The position numbers were made by a program, and so were the translations under genes. Positions 19,062 to 27,168 of a stretch of 64,000 nt of DNA are shown here, in pieces. Positions within the stretch are counted from its first letter, which is position 1, and every line of letters begins with the position of its first letter. The DNA comes from a virus (taxonomy: Duplodnaviria; Caudoviricetes): positions 945-64,944 of IMG/VR virus record IMGVR_UViG_3300035704_000008; one strand, 5' to 3'. The notes under the pieces are model-generated. The model was not told the origin of the DNA, made no database searches, and was given only the letters and a program-made list of their open reading frames with translations.

Positions 19062-19334
19062 TCAGGGGCCCTGGTGGGGGAACGACACGTCGCTGTCCCA
19101 GTCGCCCGGGGTCGGGCCGCCCAGGCTGAAGCCTCCCTCGCCGGCGCCCTGCGGCGAGTCGGCCCACTGCGCCGCGCCCGCGTTCCACGCCTCGCCGGCC
19201 GACTGAGCCGCCGCGGCGGTCCCGGCCAGGTCCGGGAGGGCCGCCTGGATCTCCGGCGACGTCCCGGCGTCCTGCATCGACATGCGGTCTCCCGCGGGGG
19301 TCTCGCCCGCGGTCGGGGGGATCGGTGCGGTCAT
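19062..19334 (-). CDS. Small acidic low-complexity protein
   Basis: AGGAGG RBS, in operon. Confidence 0.55.
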   Translation of the reverse strand: MTAPIPPTAGETPAGDRMSMQDAGTSPEIQAALPDLAGTAAAAQSAGEAWNAGAAQWADSPQGAGEGGFSLGGPTPGDWDSDVSFPHQGP

Positions 19335-19343
19335 CGTGGCCTC

Positions 19344-19634
19344 CTAGCCGTTGTCGCCGATGCCGTGACCCTGCGGGTCAGCGGGCGGAACCCCGGGCAG
19401 CGTCTCCGGGTCGCCGCCGAGGATCGACGTGTCCCGGTCCGGTGGCAGCGGCATCGGCATCAGGTCCCCGATAGGGTCACCCGCCGCCAGGGTGTCCTGG
19501 GAGATCTCCAGGACGTGCGCCATCCCGGCCGCCTTCGCCGCGTCGATCGTCGCCGCGATCGTGTTAGCGGACCCCGCGTCCCGGTCCACGCCCGGCGGCG
19601 CCGAGGGCAGGTCGTCCGGGCCCGCGTCAGCCAT
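19344..19634 (-). CDS. Small acidic Pro-rich protein
   Basis: Coupled ORF in operon. Confidence 0.55.
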   Translation of the reverse strand: MADAGPDDLPSAPPGVDRDAGSANTIAATIDAAKAAGMAHVLEISQDTLAAGDPIGDLMPMPLPPDRDTSILGGDPETLPGVPPADPQGHGIGDNG

Positions 19635-19833
19635 CGGACTTACCCGTGGCCGCGGACTTCGCCTTCGCCACGGCCGCCTTCACGCCGCCCGGCGGGCTGT
19701 CCTCGGAGATCTTGTCGAAGATCCCCGGGATCGCCTTCACCGCGGGATGGTCGTCGGCGAACTTCTCGTTCCGCCGCACGTAGACGGCGTTGCCGTTCAC
19801 GTCATACCAGCCGTTTTCCCTAGACAGGTACAC
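19627..19833 (-). CDS. Small head-associated hypothetical protein
   Basis: DDHPAVKAIPGIF motif, as in small post-capsid actinophage proteins. Confidence 0.55.
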   Translation of the reverse strand: MYLSRENGWYDVNGNAVYVRRNEKFADDHPAVKAIPGIFDKISEDSPPGGVKAAVAKAKSAATGKSDG

Positions 19834-20830
19834 GGTCCATCACTCCTTCGTAAGCCTGCTCCCAGGCGGTGTACCGCTGCTGGATAGTCCACGTGGCCGC
19901 CAGCTTCCTAGCCGCCGCGCCCATCTCCGCCCGCATCGCCTCGTCGTTCACCAGCATGCGCAGGTACCGGCCCCACTCGTGGTCATAGCGGACCAGGAAC
20001 CCGGTCACGCCGTGCTCGACGTAATGCCGGTACGGCTCGCTGTACGAGGCGATCACGGGGATGCCGAGCGCCCCGTACTCCATCGCCTTCAATTGCGACT
20101 TGCCCCTGGCGAACGCGCTGGCCGGGTCCAGCGGCGCGATGCCGATGTCGAAATCGACGCCGCGATAGTAGTCCCACACGTCCGGCGTCCACTGCGTGTG
20201 CCGCACCTGCCCTGGCGGGACCCTCCACTCCGCGATCGGCGAGTAATCCGCACCGGCGAAGTGGAAGTCCACTTGCGGATTCCTGGCCAGGAACTTCGAG
20301 ATCATCGGCGCCACATACCTGAAATCCCGCAGGTGAGACGTACCGCCCGCCCAGCCGACGGTCATCCGCTCACGGCGGGGCCGCTCGATTTTCAGCAGGT
20401 CTTCATGAACGCAGTTCGGCAGGACGGCCACGTTGCTGTTGTACGGCTTCACCACGTCGGCCAGCGGCTCGGTCGAGACCGTCACCAGGTCGGAGATGGA
20501 CAGCAGGTACGCGGCGATGTCCCGGCACTCCGGCATCTTGTGCCACAGCGAGCCCTCATGGTCGGAGCTGAACACGTCATCGTCGATGTCATAGACCAGG
20601 CGCGTCTTGCCCTGCCACGACTCCCACAGGCCCATGCCGCGCGGCCCGGTCAGGAGCTGCCCGGCGAACACGTCGATGTCGCCGGCGTTCAGCTCAGCGT
20701 CGGGCAGCCACACCATGCCCCGCTCCGGCAGCATCACGTTGTGACCACGGCGGCGCAGCTCGGCCAGCGGCTGGTAACAGCGGTAGTAGCCGCACCCGTC
20801 CGCGCCCACCGGCAGTCCGAAAACCTTCAC
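19820..20830 (-). CDS. GT4-like (GT-B) glycosyltransferase
   Basis: GCGYYR, VYDIDDD, VGWAGG, DIGIAPL, KSQLKAMEYGALGIPVIAS. Confidence 0.9.
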   Translation of the reverse strand: MKVFGLPVGADGCGYYRCYQPLAELRRRGHNVMLPERGMVWLPDAELNAGDIDVFAGQLLTGPRGMGLWESWQGKTRLVYDIDDDVFSSDHEGSLWHKMPECRDIAAYLLSISDLVTVSTEPLADVVKPYNSNVAVLPNCVHEDLLKIERPRRERMTVGWAGGTSHLRDFRYVAPMISKFLARNPQVDFHFAGADYSPIAEWRVPPGQVRHTQWTPDVWDYYRGVDFDIGIAPLDPASAFARGKSQLKAMEYGALGIPVIASYSEPYRHYVEHGVTGFLVRYDHEWGRYLRMLVNDEAMRAEMGAAARKLAATWTIQQRYTAWEQAYEGVMDRVPV

Positions 20831-21036
20831 CCGGCCGCCAGTTCATCTGCCCGGGCCATCCGCCGCTCCAGATCCTCCTGCCGGGCCATGATCAGCTTGC
20901 ACTCCTCGAGCTTCGCGTCGAGCACGTCGGCGGCAGCGTCGTCTTCCATAAGGCATGCAAGCTCGTGGGCGGCGATCTCCCACCGGAGCCGGAGCTCCTC
21001 GCGGACAAGCTCAAACGGGGTGTCCATAGCTCCCAT
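20827..21036 (-). CDS. Hypothetical helical protein
   Basis: Overlapping start and stop with both neighbours. Confidence 0.45.
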   Translation of the reverse strand: MGAMDTPFELVREELRLRWEIAAHELACLMEDDAAADVLDAKLEECKLIMARQEDLERRMARADELAAG

Positions 21037-21674
21037 TAAATGAGCATCGTCGTCTTCATGTGGCCCGCCTTGACTCCCGTCGCCACGTGCACCGGGATGC
21101 CCGCAGCGCCGAGGCGCAGGCAGAACGTCAGATCCTCCCCGATCAGCGACTCGCCCACCACCGACTCGCGGAACCACGGCGCCGCCGGGCACCCGCTCGA
21201 CTTCCCCACGTGCTCCAGCGCGTCACGGTGAAGCAGCAGGCACGCCGCGCCCGTCGCCGTGACCCGCACCAGGCCGTCATCCGGCCAGGACTCGTGCCGG
21301 GCGAACACCAGCTGACCATCGGTCTCCACGAGCTCGTACATCGTCGGCAGCGGCTCCCCGCCCGGGTTCTCCGTGAAGCACAGACCCCCGACCACGGGCC
21401 GGTCCTGCGGGTCCGCAGCAGCGATCAGCCGGTCGATCGTGTCCCACGGCAGCCGCATATCCGTGTCGCACATGAACAGCCACGGCGCGTCGTGGTCCTC
21501 GAGGAACCCGGTCACCACCATGTTCCGGCCACGGCTGATATTCGGGCCGGAGCCGACCGCGATCACGTCGTCGACCGGGGTGACGCCCCGGCGGGTGATG
21601 GCCAGCAGCGACGCGAGGAACTCCGCGCGGACCGTCCCGCCGTGCACGTAGCCGATGACGGCGTGTTCAGGCAA
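21036..21674 (-). CDS. GT2-like glycosyltransferase
   Basis: RGRNMVV, WLFMCDTD, TGAACLLLHR, GEDLTFC, GHMK; probable TTG start. Confidence 0.85.
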   Translation of the reverse strand: MPEHAVIGYVHGGTVRAEFLASLLAITRRGVTPVDDVIAVGSGPNISRGRNMVVTGFLEDHDAPWLFMCDTDMRLPWDTIDRLIAAADPQDRPVVGGLCFTENPGGEPLPTMYELVETDGQLVFARHESWPDDGLVRVTATGAACLLLHRDALEHVGKSSGCPAAPWFRESVVGESLIGEDLTFCLRLGAAGIPVHVATGVKAGHMKTTMLI

Positions 21675-22335
21675 GCGCGGGATCCTTCCTGGCTGCGGTG
21701 ATATACCGTGCCGCGGCTTCGATGATCTCCGGGTCATCCATGAAGAACCCGACGCCCATGTTGCAGCGGTGACAGAGCAGGCCACGCACCCGGCCGGTCA
21801 CGTGGTCGTGGTCAATGTGCCAGCGCTCGCCGCGGCCACCCGGCTTATCCGTCCGGCAGATGGCGCAGCGGTTCTCCTGGCGCTCGACCAGGCCGTCCCA
21901 GTCGGCCTGCGTCAGGCCGTACAGGCGCAGCGTCCGGGCACGTTCCCGCACCCGGGCGTCAGGCCGCGGGTCTTTCCGGCAGTCCGGGCACACCGGCTTG
22001 CCGACCGGTGTGTCCACCGCCGCGCCGCAGGCGCAGCGGCGCGGCCCGAGATCGGCGTTCCGCTGGATCTTCCGCAACTCAGCCGCTGCCAGGGTGCATT
22101 TACGCGAGCAGTAGATCCGCGGCTGGCCCGACGTACGTACGCGAGTAAACGTCACGCCGCAGTGCGGGCACACCATCTGCTCGGGTGCGTGCACCCGCGG
22201 CACGTACTGCGCTTTCACGAAATCCCGGTTGCAGGCCTTGCATTCAGCCCGCAGGCCGCCAGCGCCGGATATGGACCTGTGGAATTCGGACAGCGGCTTT
22301 ACCTTGCCGCACCTTGTGCATTTCTTTTCGACCAT
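21667..22335 (-). CDS. Endonuclease VII-family (His-Me) free-standing homing endonuclease
   Basis: YGLT...QENRCAIC...HIDHDHVTGRVRGLLCHRCNMGVG plus N-terminal Zn ribbons. Confidence 0.9.
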   Translation of the reverse strand: MVEKKCTRCGKVKPLSEFHRSISGAGGLRAECKACNRDFVKAQYVPRVHAPEQMVCPHCGVTFTRVRTSGQPRIYCSRKCTLAAAELRKIQRNADLGPRRCACGAAVDTPVGKPVCPDCRKDPRPDARVRERARTLRLYGLTQADWDGLVERQENRCAICRTDKPGGRGERWHIDHDHVTGRVRGLLCHRCNMGVGFFMDDPEIIEAAARYITAARKDPALA

Positions 22336-22433
22336 ACGTCCATACTAGCGGACGTTCCCTACTCTTCGTCCCGTACTGACAGGTCATATCCCCCCACCCG
22401 CCAGTACGGGACGATTTTTCAGCCCTGAAGCGA

Positions 22434-24132
22434 TCAGGTCAGCAAAACCCTGAACGCCGAGGGCGTCGAGACGTTCGCGCCGACCCTCCAGTACATGAAC
22501 CACGATTTGTTACCCGCGCCTCTTGGTGCGCGGGGCCAGGTCATTTCTGCCTGGCTCTGCACCTTTGCCATCGGTGCAGACCGGACTGTAACTTCACCTG
22601 CGGTCCATCGCCCCTATTGCACTCGGGGCGCGGCCCATGTCACAGGTGCCACACGCTCAGTCTCTACGGAACCCTGTAGTGCGAGGTTTCCACGGTATTC
22701 CCCACGATCTCGGAGGGGTTCACCGTTACGGTGCGGTTTTCACTGACCGATCACTCGGTCAGGCGGCCAGTTCAAATTGACCGGACTGTCCTGTCGGGAG
22801 GTTGGCGCTGGCGCCCGTGCCGGTCACCATCGGCTCGTAGATGATGCTGACCCCCACGCGATCCACGATGTAGTAGTTCGAGAAGTCCCCGAACACCATC
22901 GGCTTGTGGGTCGTGGTGAGCACCGGGTCGATGGAGCTGGACTCGTAGATGGGCTTGCCCATCAGCTGCTCCGGCTGGTCCTTGCCCAGGTTCGTCCAGA
23001 AGCTCGCGCCGCCAGCGGTGTCGAGCGCCCGGGTCCGGTTGATCTGCGCGACGTTGGCCACCCACGCGCAGTTCGGGGAGTTCCTGAACCGCGGGGGCAG
23101 CGCCGCGTGCAGGGTGTACACGTCGGCCAGGACGTACGCGCCCGTGGTGGCCGTCGTCTGGGTGGTGGTCGCGCCGACCACGACGCCGGTCGGCTGCGCC
23201 GTGCCGGTGCCCGTGGCGAACGCGGCCTCTTCGAGCCGGTCCTTGGCGTCCGCCAGCAGGCGCGGGAGCTGGGTGCCGAAGTCGGTGTCGGACAGGACCT
23301 CGAACGACCCGAACACCCAGGCAGCGGCCTTGAGCGGCGTGATGACGATGTTCCCGACGGTCGGGGACGCGTCGGCGGTGGCGACGCCTTCAGCGAGCCA
23401 CGCCGCGGTGACGCCGGCCGACGTGACGCCGTTCCACGTGTTCGACGTGGTCGTCTTCACGTTGGAGATCCGCCGGTACGGATTGGCGGACGCGTTGTTC
23501 GTCAGTACTATCGTTGGGTCCAGTACAAACGGAAGGAGGTATCCACCTGATGCGACACCCAGGTTCAGGGCGGCGCGGGCCGCCATGTCGTCGGGGTTCG
23601 CGATGTACTTCGCGAACGCGTCGTAGTATTCCGGCGACCCGGTCTCCAGGATGTGCCGGGCGATGTTGTTCTTGGAGAAGTAGCCGCCGTCCTGGACCTT
23701 CCTGGTGGCTTCCTCGGCGAAGTCGTGGACGACCATGCCCCGCTTGGCGACCTGCTCGATCGCGTCGAGGGCCCGCTCGCGGAGCTCGCCGGAGGGCATC
23801 ATGCCGTCCCGGGCGCGCTGCAGCTCGGCGAACGGGTCGCGGTTGTTGCGGATGACCAGGTCGGGGCCCTTGCCGCCGTTCCCGGCGCGGCTGGTGCCGT
23901 AGGGCCGTTCGAGGTTCGCCTCGTCCTCGGTGGCGGTGCGGGTGATGGACTTGATCTTTTCCATCCGCTCGATGATCGGCTTGGTGAGGCCGTCGAGCTG
24001 TTCCCACCGGGCGAGGAGGGTGTCGCGGAGGTCACCTTCGTTGTCCTCGGTGACGCTCTCGTCGTTCTCCATCCGCTGGAGTTCGTGCTTGATCCTCGCC
24101 ATCTCGTCGAGGTATTCCTGCAGCGCGGCCAT
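22434..24132 (-). CDS. HK97-fold major capsid protein (spliced: exon 1 24132-22780, exon 2 22502-22434)
   Basis: GGYLLPF, LMGKPIYESS, VFGDFSNYYIVDRVG; canonical C-terminus GQSG|WFMYWRVGANVSTPSAFRVL restored only by splicing. Confidence 0.92.
22503..22779 (-). ncRNA. ORF-less group I intron (277 nt) in the major capsid gene
   Basis: Exon 1 ends in U, intron ends in G; P1 CGGU^CA/UGGCCG with U-G pair; P10 UGAACUG/UGGUUCA; R-like GUAGAGACUG and S-like GAAGUUACAGUCC; GUGA-capped P2 hairpin. Confidence 0.9.
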
Positions 24133-24153
24133 TCCGCGCTCCTTTCGGTCTGG

Positions 24154-25476
24154 TTACCAGACCAGCCCGGCCTTCTTCCGTGCCTCCTCGGAGGTCATGC
24201 GGTAGAGGGCGTGCTGGTGATACCGGGCCGAGTGCTCGTCACCGTCGGTGCGGGTGAGCGGCTCACCGGCGGCGGCTTCCTCATCTGGGGGAAGTGCCTC
24301 GTCGTGCTCGTCCGGCTCCGGGTCGCCGAAGGCGCCGGGAGTGGACATGCGGACGCCGAGGATCTCGGCGCCGCTGTACGCCTCGAAAGGCGTCGGGCCG
24401 AACTCTTTGAGGCCCAGCTCGTGGCGGCGGACCGTGGTCAGCTGGCCGCCGCGGGGGTAGTGCTTGTCACCGCGGCGCAGCTGCGGGTCGGAGCGGACGA
24501 TCCGGCCCGTGAAGGACTGGGCGGTGATCGACCCGTTCCGGATGTTCTCCAGCACCTCATCAGCGAACGGGGTGTCTGAGTACCGGGCCAGGGTCAGCAG
24601 CCCGCGGGCCTCGGGACGGATGTCCACCGGGGTGGCGATCGGCATCGACCCGCGCTCAGACGGGGTGCCGTGGATCGTCATGCCGTGGTTGTACATGACC
24701 TTGACCTTGCCGAACCCGGCCCGGGACCGGCCGATGTCGGCCAGCACCTTGTTGAACGCGGCCGGGTCGATCTCCTCGATGTAGTGGCCCTCGAAGTCCT
24801 GGATCTCGGCGGGGGCGTTGAACGCCGTGGCGTACGCCTCGACGAGCCGGCCCGTACTGTCGCCCTGCGCGGCGCGGACGATGTGGATGTCCTCGAGCTC
24901 GTAGGTGCGGAAGTACACCGCCTCGGCGCGGGACGCGCTGCTGCTGCTGCTGTTGTCTGCCACGTCGTGCCCGTGCTTGCCCATGGCTGCCTTGATCTTC
25001 CCCTTGATCGCCGATAGCTGCGCCGGCGTGTACTGGCCCGCGTTCTTGGCCTGGTTGATGTAGGACCAGGCGGCCGTCACCTTGTCCGCGGACAGGGGGT
25101 ACCGCTTGACGCCGGGCTTGCCGGACTTGGACGCCTGGTTGCCGTCGGCGTCGAGGTAGCCGGGGTCGCCGTAGTCCACGCTGGTGCCATAGGGAGCCTT
25201 CGTGTCGGTCGCCATGGCCGCCCTTCCTGCCTTGTGTTCCATTGCCGCGTGGGTCGCCGGCCAGATGCCGAGCGCCGCGTGGTGGGCCTGCGCGCAGTAA
25301 CCCTTGGGGTCTTTGATGAACTTGCCGAGGTGCATCACGCACCGGTCGAAGTCGCCGCCCTCGCCCCACCGGATTTTCGCGGCGCCCTCGCCGTGGACCC
25401 AGTACTCGTGGAGCCGTTCGGTGCCGCCCGGGTTGGTGACCTGCCCGCCGGCGCGGACCGCGCCCGTCTCATCCAC
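24154..25476 (-). CDS. HK97-type prohead protease with N-terminal extra domains
   Basis: VEAYATAFN, YIEEIDPAAF, VMYNHG, QSFTG, LKEFGPTPFEAY; about 185-aa N-terminal extension. Confidence 0.85.
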   Translation of the reverse strand: MDETGAVRAGGQVTNPGGTERLHEYWVHGEGAAKIRWGEGGDFDRCVMHLGKFIKDPKGYCAQAHHAALGIWPATHAAMEHKAGRAAMATDTKAPYGTSVDYGDPGYLDADGNQASKSGKPGVKRYPLSADKVTAAWSYINQAKNAGQYTPAQLSAIKGKIKAAMGKHGHDVADNSSSSSASRAEAVYFRTYELEDIHIVRAAQGDSTGRLVEAYATAFNAPAEIQDFEGHYIEEIDPAAFNKVLADIGRSRAGFGKVKVMYNHGMTIHGTPSERGSMPIATPVDIRPEARGLLTLARYSDTPFADEVLENIRNGSITAQSFTGRIVRSDPQLRRGDKHYPRGGQLTTVRRHELGLKEFGPTPFEAYSGAEILGVRMSTPGAFGDPEPDEHDEALPPDEEAAAGEPLTRTDGDEHSARYHQHALYRMTSEEARKKAGLVW

Positions 25477-25481
25477 CGCTG

Positions 25482-26015
25482 CTACCAGTCCAGCCCGGCC
25501 GCGGCGCGGAGTTCCCGCGAGCGGAGCAGGTAGTCGGCGTGCCCGGCCGCCGTGTCCGCCGAGTCGCGGTGAACCGGCTTCGGCGCAGGGGCCGGCTTCT
25601 TCGGCGCCGTGTGCACGGCGGGATGCGGGGCGGTGTGCGCCGGGGCGTGCTTCGCCGCCGGGTGCCTGGTCCGCAGCGCCGCCGTCGTCAGCGGGCCCAC
25701 CAGCCCGTCGACCTTCAGGCCGTGCGACTTCTGGAACGCCCGCACCGCCGCGAGGGTCTTCGGCCCGAAGATCCCGTCAACCTTCAGGGGCGGCTTGAAC
25801 CCCAGCGCGTTGAGGCGGGACTGCAGGTCCGAGACCCGCTTGCCGTGCTCGCCGGTGCCTACCGGGTGCTGGTTGGTCGGGGTGGGGCGGGCGTCCTTGC
25901 CCTTGGCGGCGCTGCTGCTGCCGGAGGCGGCGGCGAACTGGCCGCCGGCCGCGCTCCCGGCGGGCGCGTGGAACTTGTTGAACCGCTCCGCGTCGGACGA
26001 CCATGTGTCAGGCAT
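25482..26015 (-). CDS. Peptidoglycan-binding domain protein
   Basis: VSDLQSRLNALGF...VDGIFGPKTLAAVRAFQKSHGLKVDGLVGPLT; no catalytic domain visible. Confidence 0.85.
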   Translation of the reverse strand: MPDTWSSDAERFNKFHAPAGSAAGGQFAAASGSSSAAKGKDARPTPTNQHPVGTGEHGKRVSDLQSRLNALGFKPPLKVDGIFGPKTLAAVRAFQKSHGLKVDGLVGPLTTAALRTRHPAAKHAPAHTAPHPAVHTAPKKPAPAPKPVHRDSADTAAGHADYLLRSRELRAAAGLDW

Positions 26016-26119
26016 GGCGTGCCCTCGTCTCCACTTACCGGCTCCCATCGTCTCCGTACGTCTCCCGATGCCGGCTACGCTTACCCGTCATACGCATATT
26101 GCGGAAAGGAAGGTGCGTA

Positions 26120-26701
26120 GTGACAGGCAAGCAAGACGCCCAGGAGGTCAAGCTGGCAGGCTTGGCCGTCGAGGGCCTGAAGCTCCGGCTGGTCGGCACA
26201 TCAGCGCTGATCGTCCACAAGTGGAGCGAGAAGGCCAAGAAGCAGATGCTCGACAAGCAGATGAAGCGGGCATCGCAGGGCAAGGCCGCCAAGGACCCGG
26301 AAGAGGACTACCGGGAGTCCCTGTACATCCGCAGCGACGGCTCCTACGGCTTCCCGGCCGTGGCGTTCAAGGCCGCGGCGGTGCGGGCGGGCACCTACTG
26401 CGACATGAAGATGGTGTTCCTGCGCGGCGCGTTCCACGTCGAGGGTGACCTGGTGCTCATCGAGGGCGAGCCGGAGCCGCGCGAGGATATGGTCCGCGTG
26501 GGCATGGGCACCGCCGACATCCGGTACCGGCCGCAGTTCCCGAAGTGGGCGACTGAGCTGGACATCACGTTCAACAACCGGGCGCTGACGGCTGAGCAGA
26601 TCGTGAACCTCTTCGAGATCGCCGGGTTCGCGGTCGGGGTCGGCGAGTGGCGGCCGGAGAAGGACGGGCAGTTCGGCCGGTTCCAGGTGGAGACCCTCTG
26701 A
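26120..26701 (+). CDS. Stand-alone Cas7/RAMP-like protein (Vipr-like effector candidate)
   Basis: RAMP-like layout: LKLRLVGTSALIVH strand, YGFPAVAFKAA, IRYRP and C-terminal Gly-rich loop AGFAVGVGEWRPEKDGQFGRFQV; AAGGAAGG RBS + GTG 26120. Confidence 0.75.
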   Translation: MTGKQDAQEVKLAGLAVEGLKLRLVGTSALIVHKWSEKAKKQMLDKQMKRASQGKAAKDPEEDYRESLYIRSDGSYGFPAVAFKAAAVRAGTYCDMKMVFLRGAFHVEGDLVLIEGEPEPREDMVRVGMGTADIRYRPQFPKWATELDITFNNRALTAEQIVNLFEIAGFAVGVGEWRPEKDGQFGRFQVETL

Positions 26702-27168
26702 TGGGCGCTTACCAGTTCAAGTCCGGCGCGCACATCCCGAAGTCCGTCACCCCGGAGGGCGTGATGGAGGAACGCGACCGGATCGAGCACGACTACGGCA
26801 AAGTCACCATCGAGCACGCCGTGGATGCGGTCCTCAAGCATCCGGAGAAGTACCCGAATCTCCGCGCGTTCGGCCCGGCCGACGAGGGTGCCGCGATGCG
26901 GCAGGGGATCACTGAAGGTATCCGGCGGGCGTTCCGGGCCGTGGTCATCGTCCGGGACGACGAGCCGAAGCCGCAGGCTCAGGCACGGCAGATCCGGGTG
27001 CTCCACAACGTCCAGGATTCCGCCGGGGACCTGGTGTACCGGCCTATCACGGCGATCCGGCAGTCACCGGATCAGCGGAAGTACCTGATCGGGCAGCTGC
27101 GGCGCGACGCGGCCCTGTTCGCCGACAAGATGCGTGACGTGCTGGCTGAGGTCGAGGAAATCACCTAG
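26701..27168 (+). CDS. Accessory protein of the RAMP/GGYNN-array cassette
   Basis: TGATG-coupled to the RAMP gene; its stop codon overlaps the first base of the array. Confidence 0.75.
   Translation: MGAYQFKSGAHIPKSVTPEGVMEERDRIEHDYGKVTIEHAVDAVLKHPEKYPNLRAFGPADEGAAMRQGITEGIRRAFRAVVIVRDDEPKPQAQARQIRVLHNVQDSAGDLVYRPITAIRQSPDQRKYLIGQLRRDAALFADKMRDVLAEVEEIT

Noticed and set aside
22759-22779. Capsid stop codon as given in the ORF track
   Set aside because: It lies inside the group I intron; the true stop is at 22434.
26060-26095. Partial gapped match of array unit 7 (GG.TA.GC.TA) to the RAMP gene's upstream region
   Set aside because: Only 4 of 11 dinucleotides match, which is plausible by chance; not claimed as a self-target.
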